A stretch of DNA of 64,000 bases from Mobula birostris. Its lineage: Eukaryota. The stretch spans positions 81,184,505-81,248,504 of the forward strand of contig NC_092381.1 in assembly GCF_030028105.1 (NCBI RefSeq), read 5' to 3'. Below the pieces are notes generated by a model, which had not been told where the DNA came from, did no database searches, and was given only the letters and a program-made list of their open reading frames with translations. The position numbers and the translations under genes were made by a program. Shown here piece by piece: positions 1-9,749 of the stretch (the stretch's first letter is position 1; each line of letters begins with the position of its first letter).

Positions 1-446
1 ACAATACTAGAATGCACTCTATCAGAGAATATATGTGTGCACACAGCACAGTATCAATCTGGAAACTCAGAGCATAATTACAAAATGTAAGGTCTTTATA
101 TTTGAATAACCATTAACTATGTATGAAAGTTCCTTTTTCTTTGAGTAATCTATTTACCAGTAATTTGGCTTCCAGGCAATGAAAAAAATGCAAAGAAACT
201 ATGAGTGCCCCCAATAAAGAATAGTTCTATAGGTTGTGGTAAATAATTAACACAAATCAAGGGTGCATCTTTAGTATAACTCATTTAAAGAAAAACGCAT
301 GAGTTGAGTCTTCTTAAAAATAGAGAAAAATAGAAACTTTAATAAGGAATGGTGGGAAATGGATTATCTACAGAATGTCCCATTTAGCTGACATGCCACG
401 ATCAGGAACTGCCAAGAGCATTTGTCTCTTCTTTCAGAGTCCTACC

Positions 447-845
447 CCTTCAGATGGGTGGTGGGGTGGGGATACATCTCTATCAAAGGAGGTGTAAGGT
501 GCTGACTCCATCCCTTAGCCTGGAGGTCACCCTTGGCCAAGGTGTAGCCCCTGCTTAGCCCCCACTCAGGGTCACGTGGAGCCATGGGACCAGGTGGTGG
601 ATGGTCGTATGAGCAGCTGGTGCACATCACAAGTTCTGGTTATGCGACCACTGACGCCAGGCAGACGATCTCTGAAGAGTATTGATGATGGCTGAGCTCA
701 CCCGTCTTGTAAAGACACTGCCCAGAAGAAGGCAATGGCAAACTATTTCTGTTGAAAAAGTTGCCTAGAATAATCATGGTCACAGAGACCATGATCGCCC
801 ATGTCATACAACACAACACATAGTGATGATAATGATGACGACGAC
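447..845 (+). mobile_element. RTE-related non-autonomous retroposon/SINE, copy 1 of 3
   Basis: About 400 bp, similar to 5113-5503 and 59840-60243. Contains the BovA/RTE-type motif gaagaaggcaatggcaaac and ends in a (TGA)n-like tail. Confidence 0.7.
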
Positions 846-1114
846 CCCTTCAGAAATCCTGTTGCCAGCTATTGAGGCTCGTCTAGTGCTTTCAACCTTC
901 TTTCTCCTTCCTTCTGTCACTTTCCAAGCCCTCAATGGTGCAGTGAGCTACCTTTCCAAGCTGGATGTGCCTTCTCATGGCTCTCCTCGTGATCCTGATT
1001 CTCCCCACAACAGCATCACCAGGGACGCAAACCCTACAGAATGCTCCTCAAGTCTCCACAACTCAAAGGACAACCTGCTGCATGCTGCTGCAAGCATTTC
1101 AAGCCAGCGGATCT

Positions 1115-1350
1115 GTTTATTTTATTTAGAGATACAGTGGGGAACAGGACCTTCCGGTCCAATGAGCACACTGCCCTGCAAGCCACCTGTTTAACCCTAG
1201 CCTAATCACAAGATGATTTACAATGACCAATTAACCTACTATCCAGGACCGTGGAGAGCCTGGAGAAAACCCACGTGTAACAGCGTACAAACTCCTTAGA
1301 GACGGCGTCACAGTTGAACTCTGAACTCCGATACACAGAGCTAACCATTA
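1115..1350 (-). mobile_element. HE1-like V-SINE (degenerate)
   Basis: V-domain-like taggttaattggtcattgtaaa followed by a CR1-type 3' tail (gaaggtcctgttccccactgtatctctaaat). Confidence 0.65.
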
Positions 1351-1409
1351 TGCATGTTTCTTTTTTGCTTGCTTTGAACTCAATTATAAGAATAATGCAG
1401 GTGTGAAAG

Positions 1410-1720
1410 GAGCCCCAGTAGCACGGTGATCCGGGCACCAGGGTTCGATCCTAACCCCAGAGGGTTGCCTGGTTGGTTTCCATGTTCTTCCTTCAAACTG
1501 CATGGGTCTTACTCTGGTTTACTCCTACTTCACAAAGGCATGCTGGTTGTTTAATTAGCGGCTATAATTTAACTCATTGTTGAGGTAAGTGGCATAAAAG
1601 CACAAAGGGAAGTTGATAGGCATGTGAGAGAGTTTTAAAGAGAAAAAAATTCTCGAAACGTCTCTGCTGAAAACCAGTAGGGCCTTCGTGGTTGAATACC
1701 CTCTCTCTGTGTTGAAATAA
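1410..1720 (+). mobile_element. HE1-like V-SINE (old)
   Basis: B-box-like gggttcgatcct, decayed V-domain and CR1-like tail. Confidence 0.5.
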
Positions 1721-2520
1721 GAAGGGGTGTTTGACTGACCTATTTGAGACAGAATGGACTGCAAATTAATTTGCACTCTCCCAAAATAATCAGCGCAATG
1801 ATGTTCAAACTCATATTGGCATGGAGTGAAGCAATTTTCAGCAAATTTTGAGCTAGCTTGGCGCTGGTTAGTGGCATCAACTGTTCACGGCGGACAAGAT
1901 TTTCATGTTTACAAGTGTTGTTTGTCCAGCGTAAAGTGTCCGAGTAGTACAAGGCCCGGAATTTTTCAAGCACATTCAATAAATACTGACTGTCGTAACT
2001 CATGCAACACAAGTACATTTTGCAAAGGAAGCCTTAAAATAGAGGGAAAGGGTCATTCACATTCAAACCACTTTTATCATCTGACTGCTGCATTCTATAT
2101 ATGACAGCACATTCTTGCATGGTGGCACAGATGGCTGAGCTGCTGTTTTAGAGCTCCAGAGACCGGGATTCAATCCTGACCTCTGGCGTTATCAGCATGC
2201 CCTTCATCAGGACTCAGAGGGGCCTCAACTCAAACATTGACTGTCCAATTCTCACCATTAACAGTGCCTGACCTGCTGAATTCCTCCAGCATTTTTTGTG
2301 TTGCTTCAAAAAAATATACACACTGGTCACATTGAAGACTGACCCTTTTTCACACCATCAAATCCTTCTATTCTAATGTCCATCTACCTCAACCCGATCC
2401 TCTTCTACCTGAATGATGTGGATCAGCAAAAGATGTCTCCATAGGGACAACATCACAGGATGTGTAAAAAGGGCTCAGAACACAACACCCCATGGACCAA
2501 GGGAGGCAGACTCAGACTCA

Positions 2521-2719
2521 GAAGAAGAAGAAAGCCCTTAACTCCGAGTGGAGTCATCAGGACGCCGTCATGACGGCTTTTTTTTTTAAGCAGGCTTTCT
2601 TATTTTTACAAGACTGAACCCAGCACGGATGGAAAGCGTGCAAGGGAGCCAGCTGGATTTGAACTCGGGAGCCTTCGCTCCTAAGTCCAGGGCTGATGCC
2701 ACTATGCCACTAGCTGGCC
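2521..2719 (-). mobile_element. tRNA-derived SINE with (TTC)n tail and 13-bp TSD
   Basis: Minus strand has A box tggcatagtgg, B box gagttcaaatcc and a ttcttcttc tail. Flanked by aggcagactcaga at 2504-2516 and 2720-2732. Confidence 0.85.
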
Positions 2720-2859
2720 AGGCAGACTCAGAGGTGCATTGTTTACCTGGGCTGCACGCCCATAACTGCAACCTTCATACAGACTTGCACAGACACCTGT
2801 GTGAGTTTCACAGTCAAAGTCAAAGACACCCTCACTCACAGCCTCAGGCTCTGATCTGT

Positions 2860-3690
2860 TATTCTGCCTTATTCCATTGACCCACACCTGGACCACAGCC
2901 CTCCATATCCCTCCCATCCATGTATCTATCAAATTTCTCTTAAACGCTGCAATCAAACCCACATCCACCACCTCTGCTGGCACATCATCCCACTCTTGTT
3001 CCACCTGGTGACTGAAGACGCTCCCCCTCAGGTTCCCCTCAAATATTTCACCTTTCACCCTTAACCTATAAACTCTAGTTTTAGTCTCACCCAACATCAG
3101 TGGAAAACGCCTGCTGGCATTTACCGTATCTATACCCCTCATAATTTTGTATACCTCTATCAAGTCTCCCATCATTCTCCTATACTCCAGGGAATTCTCC
3201 TGACTTATTCAGCCCTTCTCTATAACTCAGGTCCTCTTGTCCCAGCAACATCCTTATAAATTTTCTCTGGACTCTTTCAATCTTTTTGATAGCTGTCCTG
3301 TAGGTACAGTAGATGACCAGAACTGCCTTCTAAATTTGACCTCACCAACATCTTACTCAACTTCAACATAACATCCCAACTCCTGTACTCAATACTTTGA
3401 TTTATGAAGGCCAATGAGTCATCAGCTCTCTTAATTACCGTATCTATCAGTGATGGCACTTTCAAAGAATTACAGATCTGCATTCACAGATCCCTTTGTT
3501 CTACTGCACTCCTCAATACCCTACTGTTCACTGTGCAGGTTCTACCCTGGTTTGGCCTTCCAATGCAACACCTTGCACTTGTCTGTATTAAATTCATTTT
3601 GCCATTTTTTAGCCAGTCCAAATCTCACTGTAAGCTTTGTTATCTTTTTTTTGCTGTTTACGCCTCCAATCTTGGTGTCATCCGCTAAAT
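2860..3690 (-). mobile_element. CR1 (HER1-like) LINE 3' fragment
   Basis: ORF remnants GDLIEVYKIMRGID...GNLRGSVF and AFINQSIEYRSWDVMLKL are typical of the CR1 ORF2 C-terminus. Confidence 0.9.
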
Positions 3691-3759
3691 AACCTCCAGC
3701 GTAAGACCTCCACCATTATGGCAGCCCAAAGGCATTTTCTACTGGAGATGTTATCACAC

Positions 3760-4130
3760 AAAGTGCAGATACAAGTCACTGCTGATGCTGGGATCTACAC
3801 CTACAAACTGCTGCAGGAACACAGCATCTATGGAGGAAAACAGACTCTCGATGCTCAGGCCCAGGCCCAGACCCTGCGTCAGGACTGAGAGTATAAAGGG
3901 GAGAGTGGCAGCATAAAGAGGTGAGGAGGAGGGGTGAGGCAGGAGCTGGCAATATAATGGACAGATTCTGGTGGGGGGCGCAGAGGTAGTTACAGCAGTG
4001 GAGGGAAGGTGATTGGTAGAGACAACAAAGAGATTATGTAACCCGGTAAGAAAGGAAGGTGGTGAATAGACCACGTCAGGGGGGATGATGGGCAGATGGA
4101 AACAGAGGAAGGAGGGAAGTGATAGGAGAC
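3760..4130 (-). mobile_element. Penelope-like element 3'/pLTR fragment
   Basis: Same terminal sequence as 28490-28700 (gatgctgg...ggaac..cagcatctatggagg), with a decayed cagtcctgacgcagggtc motif. Confidence 0.65.
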
Positions 4131-4389
4131 CTATGTCCCTAAACTGCAGCTGCCCAGCAACTACACGAAGCCAATTTTAACTCCCATTGTGATGCACAAA
4201 TATTAATTGCAGGATAATCCATTTTTCCACCCTCCAATTGGACAGCAGATGACTGTTCCGATGATCCATTTCCACTACACTGGCTACTTTCACAGCTCCT
4301 TCATTTTTAAGCCAGAACACAGCTTACCACTCATCGTCCTGGAGAAGGGCCATCACTTGCTCAGACGGTTCATCACTGCCCATACCAGT

Positions 4390-4620
4390 GGTGGCAAAGC
4401 AGCCCAGCTAAAAGTGGCTGTCTCACAGCTCCAGCGACTCAGGTTCAATCCTGACCTCGGGTAGAGTCTGTGTGCAGTCTGCACAATCTCCCTGCGACCA
4501 CGTGAACATCACCTGGGTACCTTAGTTTCCGCCCAAATCCCAAAGGCGTGCGCATTAGTAGGTTAATTGGCCATTTGTAATCTCTCCCTGATGTTGGCAG
4601 GTTATGAATGGAAGTGAGGG
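4390..4620 (+). mobile_element. HE1-like V-SINE
   Basis: tRNA-like head (ggttcaatcctgacctc) followed by V-domain ggttaattggccatttgtaa. Confidence 0.7.
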
Positions 4621-5112
4621 CAAGGATGGAGTTATAAAATAAAATAATTTGGGAAGGACCCACCTTGAATGATTTAGCAAGTTCATTACACGTTCTACCA
4701 CTGGCCACTGGTTTGAGCTAATGTTCTCCTGAAAATAACCAGTCAGTGCTATCTATGAGAGCTCAAGCATTACCATGGCCCCTTTGGACATCCGTCTTGC
4801 AAAGTGATGTGGTCCGATGGACAGCCTCTCCAGACCCCTCTCAGTAAACCTGGGAGCTCACTCCTTATCCTTACGAATCACAAGCCATGGCCATCTATAA
4901 GAAAGCAGCACTCCTCAACAGCTACAAAACGTACTGGTGGTGTGGTGTGAGTGTACCTTTAATGACTGGCAGACAACTGTCAGCACAGTTAACTCAGGGC
5001 AGCTGCGAGAAGTTCATCCACAGGCTTTCACTGCTCTGAAACATTGTGGTAAGTGATGGACACCAACAATGCTGATTTTAATTAGTGTCAATTAATACTG
5101 CCATCCTTGTAG

Positions 5113-5503
5113 GATCATCATTATCATCATCCTTATGAGCCTTGTCGTATGACGTGGGTGATCATGGCCTATGACCATGATTGTTCTTGGCAAACTCTTG
5201 AACATCAGTGATTTGCCATTGCCTTCCTCCAGGCAGTGTCTTAACGAGATGGGTGACCCCAGCCATCATCAATACTCTTCAGCGATTGTCTGCCTGGTGT
5301 CAGCGGTCGCATAACCAGGACTTGTGATCTGCACCGGCTGCTCATACGACCATCCAGCACCTGCTCCCATGGCTTCCTGTGACCCTGACTGGGGGAGGGG
5401 GAGTAAGCAGGTGCTACACCTCGCCCAAGGGTGACCTGCAGGCTAGTGGAGGGACAGAGCGCCTCACATCCCTTTTGATAGAGACATGTCACCACCTGCC
5501 ACC
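5113..5503 (-). mobile_element. RTE-related non-autonomous retroposon/SINE, copy 2
   Basis: Reverse-complement match to 447-845. Confidence 0.75.
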
Positions 5504-5609
5504 TCAGGATATTTTGTCTTAAATCAACGTCAATGTCATACTCCCAGCTTTGCTGATGAAGAAGCTGGCAGAATTGTGAACAGTGAAGAGGCTTCAATAG
5601 GACACATAT

Positions 5610-6030
5610 TAAAGATTAAAAGAGCTTTATTTCCCACACGTACATCAGAACATACATACATAAAATGCTGGAGGAAGTCAGCAGGGTGACAGCATCTATG
5701 CAAACCAGCTCTTCCAGCATTATGTGTGCGTTGCTTTGGACTTCCAGCATCTGTAGGTTTTCTTGTGTTTGTAAAACCTACAGTGAAATGCCTCATCTGT
5801 GGCAAGTCAATCCAGTGAGGATTGTACTTGGGGCAGCCTGCAAATGTTGCCATGCATCTGGCACTGATACAGCATGCCCACGACTCACTAACCCGAATTC
5901 GTACGTCTTTGGAGCCAGTTGGTGACCAGGAGAACATACAGACTGTCTCCAGACAGTGGCAGGAATCAAACCCTCATTAGTTATCAATGGCACCGTGAAG
6001 TGACTGCACTAACGGCTAACTACTGTGCTG
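5610..6030 (-). mobile_element. SINE with a Rex1-type tail, interrupted by a fold-back Penelope fragment (~5650-5772)
   Basis: Tail shared with 32050-32190 and 39300-39420. The internal inverted arms are aaaatgctggagg and ccagcatt. Confidence 0.55.
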
Positions 6031-6235
6031 CCCACCAAAATAGATAAACTCAAAGAAACAAATGCTGAGTACTTTTTTTTAAGTTGTGAAAGATAAGAAG
6101 ATAATGCTGATATTGGAAGGAATCTCAGAGAATGGACACAAGGTGATAATGGAACACACACAGACTGAGGCTCAAAAGTGAAGAGACCTCTATGAGAATG
6201 TTTGGCCTGCGAGCGTTCTGTGGACTCTGGGATGA

Positions 6236-6990
6236 GTTCAAAGTTCAAAGTGCATTTATTATCAAAGCATGTTTAGAGTATACAACCCTGAGATTCATCT
6301 TTCCACAGACAGCCATGAAATAAAGAAAGCCATCAAACACCTCCCCCCAGCATGCAGAACAAAATTAAATCATGTAAACAGCAAAAACACAAGCGAAAAA
6401 CACAGAATATCAAACACAAAAAAGAAACAGTCCAGGCATATTCAATTCAGTCCTACCTAACACTATATCACTCACCATCTGCAGGTCGCTCCCATCAAAA
6501 TTGCCCAAAATAGCAACTAAAAGAAGACCGACCAGCAGCCAGAAACACACCTCAACATGAACTATAGACTACAATCCACAAACCTTGTCGATTAAACCTT
6601 GCCTAAGACCCAGGACTCCAGCACAATCCTCCAGCAGAGACCATTCGAATGCAGGGACTTTCCACTGGAGGCAGCAAGCGAGAGGCGAGTGAGACTGTCA
6701 CCTTCAGACACCTTCTTCTGGCAGCAGCGAGCGAGAGGTAGTAGACAGTGCTAAGCACCTGCTTGCTTTCTGCTCACTCCTTGAAGATTTCAATCTTCCT
6801 CGATGCTTGGCAAGATTGGTGAAAAATGGAGTCAATCGTGGACTCGCGCCTGATCTCCAGGTTTCTTGGCCCCGAGGCCGCACCCTTTGCCCAAAAGCTC
6901 ATGAAACCCTTTTGGAGACAGCAAAGCGCCAGATCGTTCAAATGGCCTGAAAACACAGCACCAAAATGCAGATTATAGGCCCCTACAGTA
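6236..6990 (-). mobile_element. Non-autonomous retroposon with a Rex1/Babar-type 3' tail
   Basis: Tail atctcagggttgtat...tttgataataaatgcactttgaactttgaac is shared with 20750-20815 and the LINE end at 49190-49260. Confidence 0.6.
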
Positions 6991-7689
6991 GCAGAAGTTC
7001 AGAGGCTCTCCCTCAAACAGTCACGTTTTGTGAAAGGGAGTCAACAGAGCCCATGGTTTATTTCCACACTGGAAATAAACATTCATTCAAATGCTATTAT
7101 TTTCATACCAACAGCCTGCGGAAAGCTTCTGATTACCGGTAAACATAGTTGATGTAAAAAGATTTCCTTTGTTGGTGATGTGCCAATAAACATCTCAAAA
7201 AGACACTTCCTTAAAAATACGAGTGTCATCACCCAAGGGGCTTCTCCACAGGAAAATCTCAGCGATAAATCGATGTATATAATAAACCAGCTATCAACTT
7301 CTGGTTGACGCAAGAACACCTCAATCAAAAAGCCAAAAGATGGCATATTTTGGAAATTTTCAATAGAAACTATAAAATATGCTAGAAATAGAAACTCAGA
7401 CAGCATCTGTACAGAGAAAATTTAGAAATTAGCAGCATTAGGCCACTTGATCCCTCGAGCCAGATCTTTATTTTAATAAGATTATTTGCTGATCAAATTC
7501 AACATTATTTTCCACCCTGGTCCAAGATTCCTTTCTCCAGTAATCTAGTAAAGCAGTCAATGATTGAGACACCTCAGAGGTAAAAATGCTGTCGTGTCTC
7601 AGTCATCCAAACACTTCTTATTTCAGTCCTAAATGGCTCCTTGACCGCATGAAACACCTTTACCACATCCAATCAAGCCCTCGAAGAAG

Positions 7690-7930
7690 ATTTTTTGAGA
7701 TACAACACATTAACAGGCGCTTCCGGCCTAATGAGCCTGCGCTTTCCAATTACATCCATGTGACCAATCAACTTATTAACACATACACCTTGGGAATGCC
7801 GGAGGAAACTGAAGCACCAGGAGGGAAGCCAGGTGATCACCGAGTGAACAAACTCCTTACGGACGGTGGGTGAATTGAATCCGGGTTGCTAGCACTGAAA
7901 TAGTCTAACGCTAACTCTCTTTCCGTGCTG
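7690..7930 (-). mobile_element. HE1-like V-SINE
   Basis: CR1-type tail, V-domain and tRNA-like head on the minus strand. Confidence 0.6.
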
Positions 7931-8149
7931 TCTCCACTCTGCCATGCCATCCTGGTTTTGGATGCTTCAATAAGGTCATCGCTCTGTTTTCTGGAGAATC
8001 AAGGTCCAACCTTCCCAACTGAGTTATATACAGCCTGGTGCACTCACCCTACCATCAGTATATCCTCTTTTTTTAGGTAATGAGAAGAAGAATATATACA
8101 ATACTGGAGGTGTGATCACACCAAGGCCCTATGTAATTGTCCTGATGAA

Positions 8150-8540
8150 AGCACCCTGACTAATAACATTGTGGTCTGCTACAGCAATATGAATGGCCAG
8201 GAATGTAAGAAGCTGTAGAGAGTGGTAGACTCAACCCAATGTCTCACCTGCACATCCCTCTCCAACACTGGTAGCATCTACATTCCTCTCCAACATTAGT
8301 AGCATCTACATCCCTCAAGAAGACAACATCCTTCAACGATTCCCACCATCTTTTCACAGCTATCATTGGGTAGGAAGTACAGAAGCCTGAAGTCCCACAC
8401 AGCCAGGCTCAAGAACAACAATTTATCTTCAGCCATTCAATTCTTAAACCAACCTGCACAATTCTAATCATTACCTCAGTATAGCAATAATATGACCTTT
8501 TTTTTTTGACCTTTTAAAATGATTTTTTTTTGTTCCTTTG
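8150..8540 (+). mobile_element. Rex1/Babar-like LINE 3' fragment (old), with a 28-bp internal tandem duplication at 8252-8316
   Basis: gaatgtaagaagctgtagagagtggtagactca corresponds to the C-terminal KKLQRVV motif. Resembles 12350-12630. Confidence 0.65.
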
Positions 8541-8793
8541 TATCAGGGACTCTCCATTGGGTTGAAATACAAATCAAGGCCTTATGTGCCCCTTAAGGTC
8601 GATGAGAGAAAAACCCTCTCCATAGATGCTACCCGATCTGCTGAGCCCCTCCAGCATTTTGTGTGTATTGCTCTGGATTTTCAGCATCTGCAGAATCCCT
8701 TGTGAGAAAAATGTCACAAGACAAATGTTCCAAGAAGAGCAGGTATATTCTCCCTATTGACCAGGCCACTCTTCATCCTACAACCAACATTAA

Positions 8794-9563
8794 TGAAACC
8801 CCTTTTTACTGGGTGTTTCTAGAAACACTGGTGGTTAGCCCCTCGCTAACAAGCCAATGGACTCAGCGGTGAAAAAAAACAACCTTTCTCGAACTCCGTA
8901 CATTTAGGGTTGATTTGACTTGGGAGAGCTGGGATGTTTCAACCACCCGCACCCTGAATCTGAGTGAATACTGCATAAGTGCTGCCACTTGCAATTACCC
9001 GTCGGCAAGAAATGACAGAGCATACACTGCATACAATTATAAGGGTGTATTTATGAATATCACTTAATCAAACAGTTATCAAAGAAGAAAGGGAAAAAGG
9101 GGGGAAAATAAAAGGGTTCATTATAATTAAAATAGTCAAATGTGCACAAAGTTGGAGCTCAGAACTTCCAAAAGTTGGAGGTGTCCATGTACTCACAGCA
9201 CCAACTCCTATTCACCGATCACTGATAGAACTTTCCATCTTGGACTCCATCGAGTCGCGCATTCTGGTTGAATTGAATCGCACTGCTGGTTCTCTTGATC
9301 TTCTTCTCTCTCCATCTTCTGCCAAGAAAAGACCTCGATCCCTTTTGCATCTGTCACAAAAGCTCTCCGCCCAGCTTTCTCTGGAACCTGCTCTCAACTC
9401 CACCATCGTGATTGGCTGACCTGACATTCCTAAGCTGACCATCACAAACCCTTATCTTTAACAGTAACCCAAACACTACCAGCAGAACCCACTGCTTCAG
9501 CAGAAATCTATTAAATGAAATACCCTACAGCACTAGCAGTAAAAGCTTAACCAGGACGTTACA
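8794..9563 (-). mobile_element. Probable solo LTR
   Basis: Ends are tgaaacccc ... gacgttaca (TG..CA with an imperfect tgtaac/gttaca inverted terminus). Flanks ttaa/ttat may be a decayed 4-bp TSD. No ORF. Confidence 0.5.
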
Positions 9564-9749
9564 TTATCAAATCAGAATATTTAGTTATAATCACACTGCT
9601 CTTTAAAGGATCTTGCCATACATTCATTTGCTGCCATGTTCCCCCTTTACAACAATGACCAGGCCACTTGATTGGCCTACAACAAGTTTTGCGATATTTT
9701 GATGGGCAAGATATAAATTTAAACTTCTCTTTCATCTGCATGCCCAAAT

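Noticed and set aside
2645-2719. tRNA gene
   Set aside because: The A/B boxes belong to a SINE head followed by body, tail and TSD, and no complete cloverleaf is evident.
8138-8160. gtcctgatgaaag as a hammerhead
   Set aside because: No stem II, GAAA or cleavage triplet follows, and it lies at a LINE fragment junction.
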